DNA of 64,000 bases from Cladosporium halotolerans (lineage: Eukaryota): assembly GCF_011745625.1 (NCBI RefSeq), contig NW_027191462.1, positions 186,001-250,000 of the forward strand. Reading direction: 5' to 3'. The stretch's first letter is position 1. Every line of letters starts with the position of its first letter. A program made the position numbers and the translations under genes. This document shows, piece after piece, positions 11,425 through 23,068 of the stretch. The notes under the pieces were generated by a model. It was not told the origin of the DNA. It saw nothing but the letters and a program-made list of their open reading frames with translations, and searched no databases.

Positions 11425-11467
11425 GTGTATGTGTGTGCATGTGTGTGTATGTGTGTGCATGTATGCG
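11425..11467. repeat. TG-rich microsatellite, four near-copies of GTGTGTGYAT
   Basis: GTGTATGTGTGTGCATGTGTGTGTATGTGTGTGCATGTATGCG; perfect purine/pyrimidine alternation for 43 nt. Confidence 0.85.
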
Positions 11468-12078
11468 GACGGTCACGAGTTGGCTGGTGGCAGGCAGGTC
11501 CTGCGGCAGGCGGACGGGGACGCGTCAACGAGAATCTCAGATCCAAACGTGAAGATTGCGTGCAGACGCAGAGCAGCAGCCGGGCGTGCGCCCCGGCGGG
11601 CAACAATCTGCAGCCATGGCGAATGCACGCCGCGCACGGCCGCTGGCGATCTGCCTCCTGCAGACTTTAGGACCCAGAGGTAGGGCCAGCAGCAGATGGC
11701 GGCGGCGCACTCGTTGCGCCAACCAGTCCGTCACCTGCCTCTGCACCGCCAGCCGCAAACTCAATATCGTTCTGCCTCTTCCTGCAGCTGTTTCTTCCCA
11801 TCCTCACCTCGCATCAGTTCCTCTGAACTGCTCATATACGTTTCTCAGCAACGCTGCACATCCATCTGCGGCTACACGGTGCATACGTCACGACCCTCGG
11901 CGGCCCGTGGGCAATTTCCCGCCGCGCCCGCATCTCTGACGATAGCACTGCGTCCGCCGGCGCCCGCGCGCGAGGTGAAAGCAGGAGAGAGCAGGAGCAG
12001 CTGCAGCGGGTCCTGCAGCGCTCCGGGGGTGGGCGAGCGAGTGAAACCAGGCCAATCGTGGGCCGGCGAAGCACAAAG

Positions 12079-14234
12079 ATGGCCGCCCAACGCACGCCCG
12101 GCGAGAGCGGCGAGGAGGAGTACTTCTCGCTCGACGCCCATGGCTTCGACGGCGGCGCGGACGAGACGACGGACGACGACGACGACGACGCTGAGACCGC
12201 GTCCATGGCGCCACCGAGGCATCCCGTCCCCTCTATGCAGGGCGCCTTCGAGGAGTCGATCACCGAGGCGAAAGATCCCAACCCGAGGCCCAAGTCTGTC
12301 AATGCGGAAACGAGGCGCCAGCGCGTGCTGGAGGTCAAGCACTACGATGACTCGTGGACGACGAGGTGGAGGCAGAGCCCTGGGGCTAGACACCATCCGC
12401 TGGCCAAGCTGATGGCGCAGATTGTCTTTGGTATGCATTTATTACAGCAGGGCGCGGCTAAGTCAGACGCCGAGGTGGTGAGGATTTTGCAAACGCATGT
12501 GGACGAGGTGGACAATTTCCTGGAGAAGACGACCGAGGACTTCGACCTTGCCATCAAGGACATCCGCGAGCGCGTCCGATATCTGAAGCTGCCCATGTCC
12601 CACATTGACGTGTTCGATACGATGCTCGAAGACAAGCAGTTTCGCACGCAGCTGCTGGAGGGCAACGACAAGATTGAGACGATCGTTGAGCGGACTTCGA
12701 AAGCGATGAACGCGGCGTTGCTGGACGTCCAGAAAGGCAAGACTTCGACCTCAGAGCTCGGGCAGTACCTTCGCGAGGTGTCCGACGAGTGGCCGGACGA
12801 GAAGCAGGATCTCGAGGCTGTCCTAACCGCTATGCGCGGTAACGAGCAAGGCTGGAAGCACTGCTTCCGGGATTTGCAGAAGAAGGGCATCGAGCTCAGA
12901 GATATAATGGATCAGCTGTCCACGCTCATAGCGGAGATGGCGAGAATGGCGGCCGCCGCCAGTAGGCGCGCGAAAGCCCAAGGCAGGGCTGCGGCTGCAG
13001 GACAGCCGCCCATGTCAACGATCCTCCCTCGCTCCAAGTTCAGCAACGATGGTCAGAATCAGAGTCAGAGTCAGAGTCAGAGGTCTCGGGCGATGTCGGT
13101 GGATAAGCCTCTACCAAAGGCACCTTCCGTGGTAGGTGGTGCCGTAGAACTAGAAGCGCATCCGGTTCCACTGGAGCGGAGGTACGAACAGCCGCGTGAC
13201 ACTCCCGTGTCTTCAGAACGAAACGGACGTGGACACAGGTCAAGCACAGTGCATCCTCGACCGTCATCTTCCAGGTCTGCAATGACACCTCGCGAAGCTC
13301 GAAACGTGAGCCGAGACAACACGAATGATATTATCGACTTTTTGAAAGAGAGAAGGACGGCGTCGCCCTTGGGAAGCAACCCACCAGAGGACTATACCAG
13401 GAGCAGCAATCGTGCCAAACGCGCGAGCGCAGTCGATGTCGTCGACCATGCGAGATCCCTCAGCAGCATGGGTGTGAGGCCAAACACATCTGCGTCGGAA
13501 ACAATGACCGCGCTGCCTTCTGGCCGGCGTGGTTCGGAACCCTTACGAATGGGTGGCCCGCAGCGAGAAGGCATATCACGGAACCGGCATGGCCCACCGC
13601 CGTCTGGCAAAGGCTCGTCACGCAGAGAATCATCGATTGGGTATGTCTCAAATTCCTAGTCCCCAAGCCACGACCATCCACTAACAACCACAGACCGTTC
13701 GTCCGCCGCCTCTCTTTCCGCAGAAAACAAGTCGACAGCCCACCGCCCAACCACGAAAGCCTACAGCAAGCCGTCAAATCCGCCGCCTCTCCCGCCAGAA
13801 GTCCCGAACCCTCTGCGGCCTCCGACATCAAAAGCCCCTCCCCAACCGACAGCAAGCTCAAGCCCTCCACCGAGTCCTCCGCCAACCGCACCGCATCTCC
13901 ATTACAACCCGCCGTCACCGCGCTGCCCAACCAAGCAGCTCCTACTCCCTCAGCTACGGCCAACGGCCAACCAAACCCCAGCGCCATGCCGCCCAAGAGC
14001 GATTCCACAACGTCAGAAAGGAAAGTGACGCCCTCACCTGAGATGCGGACGACAAACGGGAACGGCACGGCTCATGCGAACGGCGGATCCCGTCAGAGCC
14101 CCACGTCCGGCAAGGAGGAGACGCCGCCTCGGAGCAGGGGCATGAGTCTCAGGAGGTTGTTTGGCAGCAGCAAGAGTTCGGAGAAGAGGGCGAAGCCGCC
14201 GCGGTCGGCTATGACGTACGGTGATTTGGCTTGA
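12079..14234 (+). CDS. Hypothetical protein with N-terminal helical/coiled-coil domain and disordered C-terminus; exons 12079-13640, 13694-14234
   Basis: Long ORF from ATG 12079; intron GTATGT...ACTAAC...CAG (13641-13693) continues the frame (GPFVRRLSFRRK...) to the stop at 14234. Confidence 0.8.
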
Positions 14235-14554
14235 TTTTGGTCGTTTTTTGACCTTGGATGATTCTTGTTTTATACCTGGGCTTGGAAAGGTGGGCTTGTT
14301 CTCCAGGAGATAAACTGGTCGTGGAATTTGGAGTGCTTGGATTCGCAATCTGAGGTAGAAATGGCTCAGGCGCTGAGTGTTCTGCCTGCTTTTGCAACAC
14401 ACGCTTTATCTGCACTTGGATACACTTCATGCGAAGGCGTTCTAACGCAGCACAGACTAGGATGAGCAGTAGATAAACCGCTTACATCAAATACGAATAT
14501 CAAGACCACGCAACCCCCAACGAACCTTTCGACAAATAGACCCAACACCCACCC

Positions 14555-16105
14555 TCACCAACCCCTCCACCTCGTCCAAACATCAACAACCACATCCGGC
14601 CCCTCCTCCGCCTCCGAATCCACAACCAAATACCACCCAAACCCGGGCCCACACATGCAAGCATGATTCGGCCAAACCAACAACTTCTCCCCGACCCTCA
14701 ACTCCCTCATCCCCTCCCTCTCCCCCTCCCAAACCAACACCCCATGTTCCTGACTAATCCTCCCAACAACCCACCCCCTCCTCTCCCCCTCCGCCTCAAA
14801 CACGCCCCCATTCCCACCCTCCCCCTCCCACCCCCACCCACTCACAACCCCCCACCCCCCATAGCTCTTACACGGCTCCCGCCCCAGCGCTATCGACCCC
14901 GCCGCAATCATCGCCTCCGGCTTCTCCCTGTCCTCGTACACACTCACGACCTCCACCAGCGCCCGCAACCCCAGGTCCCGCAGCGACAGCAGACTCTGAC
15001 CCGGCTGAGCCAGCGACTCCGCCGGCCGCGCCCGCGTCGCCAGCTGCTGCAGGTCCAGCACGGGGTAGACGCCCGCGTGCAGCTCCACGCTGAACTCACG
15101 CGAGACGCGGGAGAGGAGGGACCGGTACTCCGCGCTCGCGGGGCCGCCGCCGGCGTCGTGCAGCAGGTTCTGCGCGGCCGTCGCCGTGGGCGTCGCGCCG
15201 AGAGACAGGAGCGGTTTTTTTGCGTCCGCGCCCGGCGCGCCAGCGGAGGCCAGGAAGGCGCGCGCGCCGGCCTCGAGGCCCTCGAGCTCCTGCCCGAGCG
15301 CGCGCAGGGCTTCCTGCGGGCTGGAGGTGGCGTACGAGTGGCCCATGTGCGAGTAGAAGCCGGCCGGGGTCGCGCGGGGGGAGGCTGCGAGGGCGGCGGC
15401 GAGGGCGGTTAGTTGGGGTTGGCCGGGGGAGACGCCGGCGCGGTGGTAGCCGGTGTCGATTTTGATGAGGACTGGGATGCGGCCGGGCCAGGTGTTGGGG
15501 GGGAGGGTGTTGAGGAGGGCGATGTGGGAGGGGTGGTCGGCGAAGAGGGAGATGGTGCCGGGGCCGAGGTGGTGGGCGAGGGTGGAGAGGCGGGGGAGGG
15601 AGGAGGGGGAAAGGGGGAGACCGTAGATTACCTGGGAGGGGAGGGGGTTAGTGGTTGGGTTTGGGGGTGGGTGGGATGGGGAGGGGGACGTACGTTTACT
15701 TCTTTGCCGGCTTTTTTGCATTCGAGGAGCCAGGGGAGGAGGTTTTCGATCTCGGCGACCGTGCTGGCGATGAGCTTGACGCTCTTTGAGTCTTCTCCTA
15801 CTTGAAGCTTTGTTAATTGCAAGGTCTAGTTTGTCGAAATAACATTCATTAGCATAGCGTTCGACTTTCATTGAGAAGGGTTGCCCAAACCATACCTTAT
15901 GAGTCTTCACGTGTGCTCGGAAGCCCACGTCCAGCTGCTTCGCTGTATCAAGCATGAGCTTGCAGTTTCGTCGCACGACCGCGGCATCGAGCACCACAGC
16001 CGGTGCCTGTACATCCTTGAGGTTGCGGCCCAGAAAGTGATGTTTGAGTGCTGTATCGGAGGGTTGCGGGAGGAGTGACGGGGCGTGGAAGGGTAGAGGG
16101 TCCAT
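14555..16105 (-). CDS. DSD1: D-serine dehydratase-like fold-type III PLP enzyme; exons 16105-15896, 15825-15694, 15631-14555
   Basis: FRAHVKTHK PLP-lysine motif, KIDTGYHRAG, YSHMGHSY, ISQEHG, PNHAC; two canonical introns restore one frame. Confidence 0.85.
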   Translation of the reverse strand: MDPLPFHAPSLLPQPSDTALKHHFLGRNLKDVQAPAVVLDAAVVRRNCKLMLDTAKQLDVGFRAHVKTHKVWFGQPFSMKVERYANECYFDKLDLAINKASSRRRLKERQAHRQHGRRDRKPPPLAPRMQKSRQRSKRTSPSPSHPPPNPTTNPLPSQVIYGLPLSPSSLPRLSTLAHHLGPGTISLFADHPSHIALLNTLPPNTWPGRIPVLIKIDTGYHRAGVSPGQPQLTALAAALAASPRATPAGFYSHMGHSYATSSPQEALRALGQELEGLEAGARAFLASAGAPGADAKKPLLSLGATPTATAAQNLLHDAGGGPASAEYRSLLSRVSREFSVELHAGVYPVLDLQQLATRARPAESLAQPGQSLLSLRDLGLRALVEVVSVYEDREKPEAMIAAGSIALGREPCKSYGGWGVVSGWGWEGEGGNGGVFEAEGERRGWVVGRISQEHGVLVWEGEREGMRELRVGEKLLVWPNHACMCGPGFGWYLVVDSEAEEGPDVVVDVWTRWRGW

Positions 16106-16560
16106 GATTTTGTCGATCCGTCTGTGACTCTTGAGAGATATTATCTCCAAGGGAATTCTTTTCTCTTTTCTTGATTTTTCAAAGCTGTCACCAATGGTTT
16201 GGTCGTTGGTAGTACGATCCAGTGTTGGGCTTGGCGGGCGAGCCTTCTGTTTCCTCAAGCAGCAGCCTCGATAAATACAACTTCATTCGACTTAGACAAA
16301 TCTTCTGTCCCAGAATACCGAGAAGCAAAGGGAAAGATATAGTTATACATACGCCCTCGAGTCAACGACGCGACACGTGGAGCAGCACGCACCCAGGCCC
16401 GCAATCAGCTGGCGAAGTGGAGTCACTCCAGCGTCGCAAAAGGCCTATCTATCCTCCGATAAAAAAATCCTACCCTACCGCCAAATCGGGCAATTATTCT
16501 CCGCGCGCCCTTCACTATCGACAAGTGTATTGCCGCTATCTAATAATCCACTCCATCAAA

Positions 16561-17781
16561 ATGGAGCAGGGCGGTAAACGCAAGGCCGATGACGGCCACG
16601 GGTCGACGGACAAGAGGGCCAAGGCAAGTTTCATCTCTCTCAGCTACAACATTCGCCGCAGTGGCGGATATCCGCCCCATTGGGATACACAACACTGCTG
16701 TTCTCCAGCTTTCACGAACTGACTCGCTATGCAATAGACGAAGAAGCAATGGCGCGTCCCCCGCGGCACGCACAACGGCGCTCTCACACCGCGCGTAATC
16801 CAGGCCGGCGACAGCGGCATATTCGTCACGTGCAACAAAGGCCGCGAGAAGAAGTGCGTCGGCGAGGTGCGCGACTTGTTCACGGAGTACGCGGAAACGC
16901 TGTACGGCGCTGGCGAGGATGATTCGGCCGGTGCCGAGGGCATCGAGAGCGGCATCGAGGCGGAGATCGCGGGCATGCAGAAGCCTGAAAAGGCGCAGCT
17001 GTTCGTGCCGGTGAAGTTGGAGGTGCAGTGTGGTGAGTTCTTGGCTCTGAGGCCGGTCAGGTAGCAGTGGAGGTGTGGCTGATTTGGCTGACTCCGCGGC
17101 AGTCATTTTCTTCAAGACCGTTGCGCCTGTCGAGCCCGTCAGTTTCGTGCAGAGGATATGCGAGGACGCGCTGGCAAATCCCATGCTCAAGCGGACGAGG
17201 ACGGCAAAGAGGCTTGCGCCGATGAGTTTGATGGGCAAGGCGACGATGGAGGGGCTGGAGAGCGTGGCGAGAGAGGTGCTGAAGCCGCATTTTCACGATG
17301 AGCCCGTTTCGCCGAAGAAGGTATGTTGTGGCGAGGTGGGTATGTTACGGTCATGGATGTGGAAGCTGACTCGAGACGTGTGCAGTTCGCAATTCGGCCT
17401 AACATGAGGAATCACAACATATTGAAACGAGATGCTGTCATCAAGACAGTAGCTGGGCTTGTAGGCCAGCCCCACAAGGTCGACTTGAAGAACTACGACC
17501 TCTTGATCATCGTAGAGATCTACCAGGTACGCACAACATCCATTCGTCTTCAAGAGGGCATGACGAGAATAATCATTTCCTTGGCACTAACGATGATACA
17601 ACAGAACATTTGCGGTGTTAGTGTTGTTGATCACCGATTCGAAGAGCTGAAGCGATATAACCTCGCTGAAATCTTCGACCCTACCCCAAAGGAGGAAGTC
17701 AAGAATGAGAGTGGGGAGGCGGTGGTAGAGGAGGTTGCTGAAAATGCGGTTGGCGGTGAGGATGATGGGAAGGCCCAATGA
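16561..17781 (+). CDS. TAN1: THUMP-domain tRNA acetylation adaptor Tan1-like; exons 16561-16623, 16738-17032, 17103-17320, 17386-17526, 17605-17781
   Basis: Spliced product has GDSGIFVTCNKGREKKC, FAIRPNMRNH, HKVDLKNYD, FEELKRYNL; first intron is GC-AG (AAG|GCAAGT). Confidence 0.85.
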
Positions 17782-19008
17782 GTTGGCTCACAGATACAGT
17801 TGATGCTATACCTACATTTCCAAGGTTCGACGACAATGGACGACTCAGCATAAGTCTGGATCCTCCTTTCACTGGAAGGACATATGCGAATGAAATGATT
17901 CCATGTTTAAAAACCGACTGCTGGGGTGTTACTTGATCGATACAAGACACGAACAGAACGCTCGCACTTCGGGGACTCAGTATATCTAACGGATCGATCT
18001 TGCAGAGCGCGCCCCGTGGGAAATAAAGCATGGTTCGGCGCGGATTCTTTCATTTTGCTTCATGTGTAGTCTTTGGCGCGCCATCGTCATTGAGAGTGGG
18101 AAAGCTGGGAATGGAAGGCACGAGGGTTCGCCGTTCCCGTGAAGGAGCGTCACGATCGCGACTTGGCAGACGACTTCATTCTATTCGCTATGACAGCCAA
18201 TGTACCCTGAATGTAGCTCCGATACCGACGTGCCATCCCACCACTCGCACAGAATGTACGACCTCTTAATTCAAGGATTCGAAATTTGGCAGTGTGTGGC
18301 CGCGTCGGACGTGGTCGACAACAGACTCAGGAATTCAGGCCCTTGGACTATAACGAGCAGACTGGGTCGCTTTCCATCTTCTACTGAAGTTTGGGCATCA
18401 CGTGCCCGTAACCGAAGTACAGTGGTTTCTTCTCTGGCAGTCACGGATTAAAACCAGGGTCCCAAATCGCGTCTCACACTTCAAGCTAGCATCCCCCTTA
18501 CCAGAAGAGCTGCAACATAAGACTAGCTTCGTGTGACTATCAGCTTTATCAAACCTCCACACCCTCTGTTCCCGGAAATAGCGACAGGATAACCCTCAAC
18601 CGGTCATTACAAGCGCCCCTTCACCAGTGACGATCTCCTCTTCACTGTCCGAAAAGTCGTCACAAGATCAAAACGTGCTACCTCTGTACCATCACGCACC
18701 TGCACCACCTCTACAACGAGCAGCTAGGCAACAACAGGTTTGCCGCAGCGCCGTTACTCAAGTCTTGGTTATGCCCGAGAAGTGATAGACCGTGAATAGC
18801 CTGCTTACAACGAGGCCGTATACCGTAGTTCATGGGGCGATTCTGAGGCAACCGAGCTGATCCGTGGCATCGTCTTAGTCGCGCAAGATGTACGAATGAC
18901 TTCGAAACTAGGGCTCAGAAATGCTATAAGCGAGTGGATTCTAGGTTGACGCTGCAGTATAGGAAGATGAATTTCATCCGACAGCTTGAGGTCACGTAAT
19001 CGATTCCT

Positions 19009-19459
19009 GATTCGAAGAGCTGAAGCGATGCGCCTGCGACCCTACCCTGAAGTAGGAAATCAAGAACGAGGGTGGGGAGGCGATGGTGAGGGTTGATCGC
19101 GACGAGACGGATGCAACTGCCGAGATCAACGAGGCTGAGGCCAAGGGAGAGTTCGGATCCATGAGCCAGGAAGCACCTTCACAGACTGTGCGAATGACAG
19201 CTCGACGAAGGAAGAGGGTGGTGAGAGAGTGGTTGAGGATGAGCAGACAGCTGAGGCGAGCTCGGCTGTGGCTCCGTGGTCCGCAGGGCGGACAGGAGAT
19301 GGCTTGCATGATGGGGATCAAGAATCAGGCAACGCAATCGCCGACGCCGCGGATCCGTCGTATCGAACGTCGTATAAGGCTCCGCATGGAGCGTGTTTCA
19401 GGCCGCACCGAAGGGCCGCTGATGACGCTTGCGCCAGATCCGTAGATGTTTTGGCCTGA
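19009..19459 (+). pseudogene. Decayed partial duplicate of the last TAN1 exon plus frameshifted acidic extension
   Basis: 19009-19029 is identical to 17636-17656; 19037-19087 matches 17676-17726 at 44/51 nt; contains a 12-nt deletion and an in-frame TAG. Extent beyond 19087 is inferred from acidic reading frames only. Confidence 0.65.
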
Positions 19460-20883
19460 TCGGTGAGCGATTAGGCGACCGGAGACCTAGATCTATGAAC
19501 CCTGCAGAATGACTGCAGCGGCGTTCTAGAATAACCTTTCGACGTTTCGAGATCGGCCGCAGACGGTAAGGCGGGCGGGTTACGGGTAAGCTGTGCTGGT
19601 TGTGAGAAAGTATCTCGTGTCCACGGGATGCGGATTCGACTCCGCCGCGTTTGAAGATGCTTCCTTCCCACTCCAAAGAGACGCGAAACTCCTGTCGACG
19701 GACGACAAGCTGCCCCTGCATGTCCAAGCGACGAATGCGGTGAGGCAGCAAGGCAGTCGACATCATAGGCAATCTAATGCCGGAGATGGCTCGCGTTTGG
19801 GAAGGATCAGGCTGCGGCGCAGGGCGCTCACGCCGCTGGGCTGAGACCCGGCGGCTTGGATGCGAAGATCTGCCGCCGTTGCTCGCTTGCTGCGACGCCG
19901 CGTGAACTCTGCTGCGACGTCTAGACAAGGGCAGCGTGAGTAAGCGTGAGCATAACGCGAGCAGGCCGGCGGTGGGTGCAGGTGACCGGGACGCTGCTCT
20001 GGCGTGCGGCTCGCGGGCTGCAGGTAAGCGAGCCGCCTGCGACACCTCGCGGTGTTGTTGGCCTGCCGCACATGCGCGCGTGGCCGCAGTGCTGTTGTAC
20101 TACTGTACAGGGCATATTGCGTCGCAGCAGCCATGTGCAGGCCACGGGCAGGCCACGCTGGCAGACGCCCGGCGCACATGGGCAGACGTCGCAGCTCGCG
20201 TCTCCAGCAGGGAATCAAGCGAGCCGGCGCCACGCCCCATCCAATCGCCGCCCGCCGCTCCAACTTACCGAGTCCTCTAAGCCTCCTTTCGCCTATCCGC
20301 CGTTTAGTGCATGCGATTTGTATTTACGCGAAAGCCACTCCTCCTCTGCCCTGGAGCCTCCGAACACTACGCTGCCCTAGCACGCCAGATCTCGCCAATG
20401 TCCTCTACCGTCGCCGCATCTTGCGCGGCCTCTGGCTCCGCCCGCCTTCTAGCGACCGCTCCATCGTGCATACGCCCGCCGTCAGCGAGCCCTGCCCGCC
20501 CCGTGCCTGCGCCATTGCAGCCGCACGCGAGTTCAGTAGGAACCATCAATGGCGTCCCTCAGTAAGCGAGTTTGATCCATCTTTCCGTCTTCGTCTCTGC
20601 ACAATCGCTTGTCCGCCCTGCAAATCGCATAGTCGCCCTGCTCTTCAAACCTCCGTGCCTGACCGGCCTTGGTCGGTCTGCGTGCTGCTGCCTTTCCATA
20701 TCCCCTTTCTCTCTGCGTCCTCTATGCACCACCAGTCTCGTATTCGCTCCTGGCATCATGTCCCTCACAGCTCCGTGCGTGAGCATATCATCGCCTCCTC
20801 TGCCCACTCGGCTCTTCGTCGACACCCGCAATCAACGTTCGTCCCGTTCGCATGCCCACAGGGCGCCGAGAGACCCGCCACAT

Positions 20884-21888
20884 ATGGCACCTAAGTCGCC
20901 ACTTCGTTCTCCCGATCGTACGACGATTCTCAAGACCGCCGGCATCGCCTTGAATACCAGCTCGGTCGAAATCCACAGACTGGACGACAACTTGAATCGA
21001 TCATACCGCCTCTCCGATCCGAGCACTCCCACTCAGTTTTGCCTCTTCAAGTGTCCACCTGCTTCCAACACACGTCTACTTCGTCACGAGCATGATCGTC
21101 TATCAACCGATTGCCACGCTCTGCAACTCCTCGGCCGACGAAAAACACTCCCCGCGACCCGACAATCAACCCTCCTGGATCACCAATCTTCAACGTTCGC
21201 ATTGTCCGGCCCATACCATGGCATCCTACTTTCAGACCTCGACGAGCCACTCACGCCTTCCCGTCACAGGGCATTGGACAGAAGTCTCGGCCACTTCATG
21301 AAACGGCTCAACACCATCACCAGCCCCACGTTCGGCTCGCTCCAACGACCACAACACCAATCCTGGGCGCGTTGTTTTGCATCGATCTTGCTCGATGCCA
21401 TTCGAGACGCGGAAGACGGACTCGTTAGCTTGCCTTATGCGGAAGTCAGGGAGCAGCTGAGGCGGCATTGGATTTCATTGGATTCAGTGGCGGACGCAAA
21501 GTTCACCGTCACCGAGCTTCCCGAAGACGGCATCGTTTTCGACGAAAGGACTGGCGAGGTGACGGGCTTGGTCGACTACGGAAGTGCCATGTGGGCGGAC
21601 CCTCTGTTCGGTGACTATTTCGTGCGAGCGTCTGATGGGTTTATGGAAGGGTATGGGTCGGTCGACGGCGCGGATGCGAGGATCCGACGTTTGTTGTGAG
21701 TGACCCCTACGATGACTACTGACTTTTGCGTTCCATGCTGACTTTCCCTGTCCAGATACACCGTCTACCATTCCCTCGTCGCCATCGTACGCCAATGCTT
21801 CCGGCCTGGATCCGGGGGCTCCGAGTTCGAGGCACGCCGATCCCTCACGACCGCCCTGCAGTACCTTCGGGCTATTGCTGCGTCATGA
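20884..21888 (+). CDS. Aminoglycoside-phosphotransferase/choline-kinase-like fold protein; exons 20884-21695, 21756-21888
   Basis: FKCPP-x4-RLLRHE, LG-x5-LN-x-IT-x3-FG, VTGLVDYGSAMWADP motifs; intron GTGAGT...GCTGAC...CAG leads to RRLLYTVYH. Confidence 0.75.
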
Positions 21889-22721
21889 AATGCCCACACG
21901 ACAGCACCGTTTCAGCAGCCAGCTATAGGCGCCGGGCTTGTCTCCGGGCCCCTGTACTACATACAGTACCGCCATCCCCTATCGACGTCGCATTCTCGGC
22001 TGCCGGCCATGCTCCCGCTGTGGTGCGACGACACCCCCTCCAGCCATCCAGCCGCTTCAGGCCTGGCTGCGCGACGACGGAGCCCTTTCTTCGGCGATAT
22101 CTCTACCACGCCACCGACATCTTAATCTTTCGACCGACGCCGTTTTAATCTTTCAGCATACCGGCATATATTCTAATCTCACGGCCTGCCTATCCATTCA
22201 TACAGCGTTCACGCGTACACGTACATAGATTATACCCCCTAGAGAGAGCGAGTGTATATAGAACCTTTTACGATACTCATGAGCTTGAACCTATCTATCA
22301 CATCCCGTTCGCATTTCAACATCTTTTCGTGAGTTAATGTTAGTAAAAGCTCACGTGGTGCACGGACCATGTGTGTCACTGTGGCATTGAGGCAGTGGGC
22401 GGCAGTGATGAGTTGTTGCACGCGAGTATGTACTTCAGACTTGCCGCAATGCTTTTGAGTTGTGTGGTCTGGCGTATTTCTTCTTGTTGTGTTGATGGTA
22501 ATAATCGATGAGCATGAGTTTACTCAGAACTCGATTTCTACTTCCTCGTTGTAGGTGTGCTTCAGACTTTGGGAATCACATCAACAAAACATCACAATAT
22601 GCCTACAACGTGGCAAACGCAGATCGAAAACGACCACTTGAATATCCAAAACAAGCAACAAGACGATAGAAAAGTAGTTCTGGTTCGAAATCTCACTGCA
22701 CGTCGAAATGTTGTCACTGAC

Positions 22722-22752
22722 CGCAACCCCAACCCTAACCCTGATTACCCCA
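22722..22752. repeat. Interstitial telomere-like element, copy 1
   Basis: CGCAACCCCAACCCTAACCCTgattACCCCA; matches the reverse complement of 44624-44654 at 27/31 nt. Confidence 0.7.
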
Positions 22753-23068
22753 AACAGTCAGCCAGTGCAGCGTCACGCGCGTCACGCACGCCGGTCCAAC
22801 AAGGTGCCAACCAGGAACAAGGCACCAGAACTGCGATCGACTGACATGGGAGAGGTGCATAATCACATGTGGTGATTCTTATCATACAGTCCGCTCGCTA
22901 TGTCTATCTTTGGACGTCGCCCGGCAGTCGAGGTCGAGAAGCTTATTTCACCGGGTCCAATGCCACGCGAACCATGCCATGCAGCAGACCACCAAAAACG
23001 CCAGCCAATGCCCAGTAGACGAAAGCCAAAGCCATCAGCTCGACAGTAGGAGAAGCTAACAGCAGCAA

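Noticed and set aside
10731..12078. Overlapping ORFs of 100-250 aa in the GC-rich region, and a twice-repeated CGCGAGATGAA (10848, 10890)
   Set aside because: Arg/Ala/Pro-rich translations in all frames with no coherent gene model; two copies of an 11-mer are too little evidence.
14555..16258. 567-aa ORF as the literal DSD1 protein
   Set aside because: It reads through two introns and the middle exon in the wrong frame; the spliced model from ATG 16105 restores family motifs.
19398..20883. Long ORFs upstream of the APH-like gene, including the 104-codon extension from 20572
   Set aside because: Non-ATG starts and promoter/UTR-like composition; the recognisable domain begins after ATG 20884.
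22404..22554. Possible C/D snoRNA (GTGATGA) or non-coding intron; similar C-box hits at 47832 and 54268
   Set aside because: No suitably placed CTGA D box, terminal stem or recognisable rRNA guide; no good branch point.
22722..22752. Telomere-like motif as a telomerase RNA template or true telomere
   Set aside because: Only about two repeat units, lacks the TAACCCTAA template form, and occurs twice in opposite orientation; kept only as a dispersed element.
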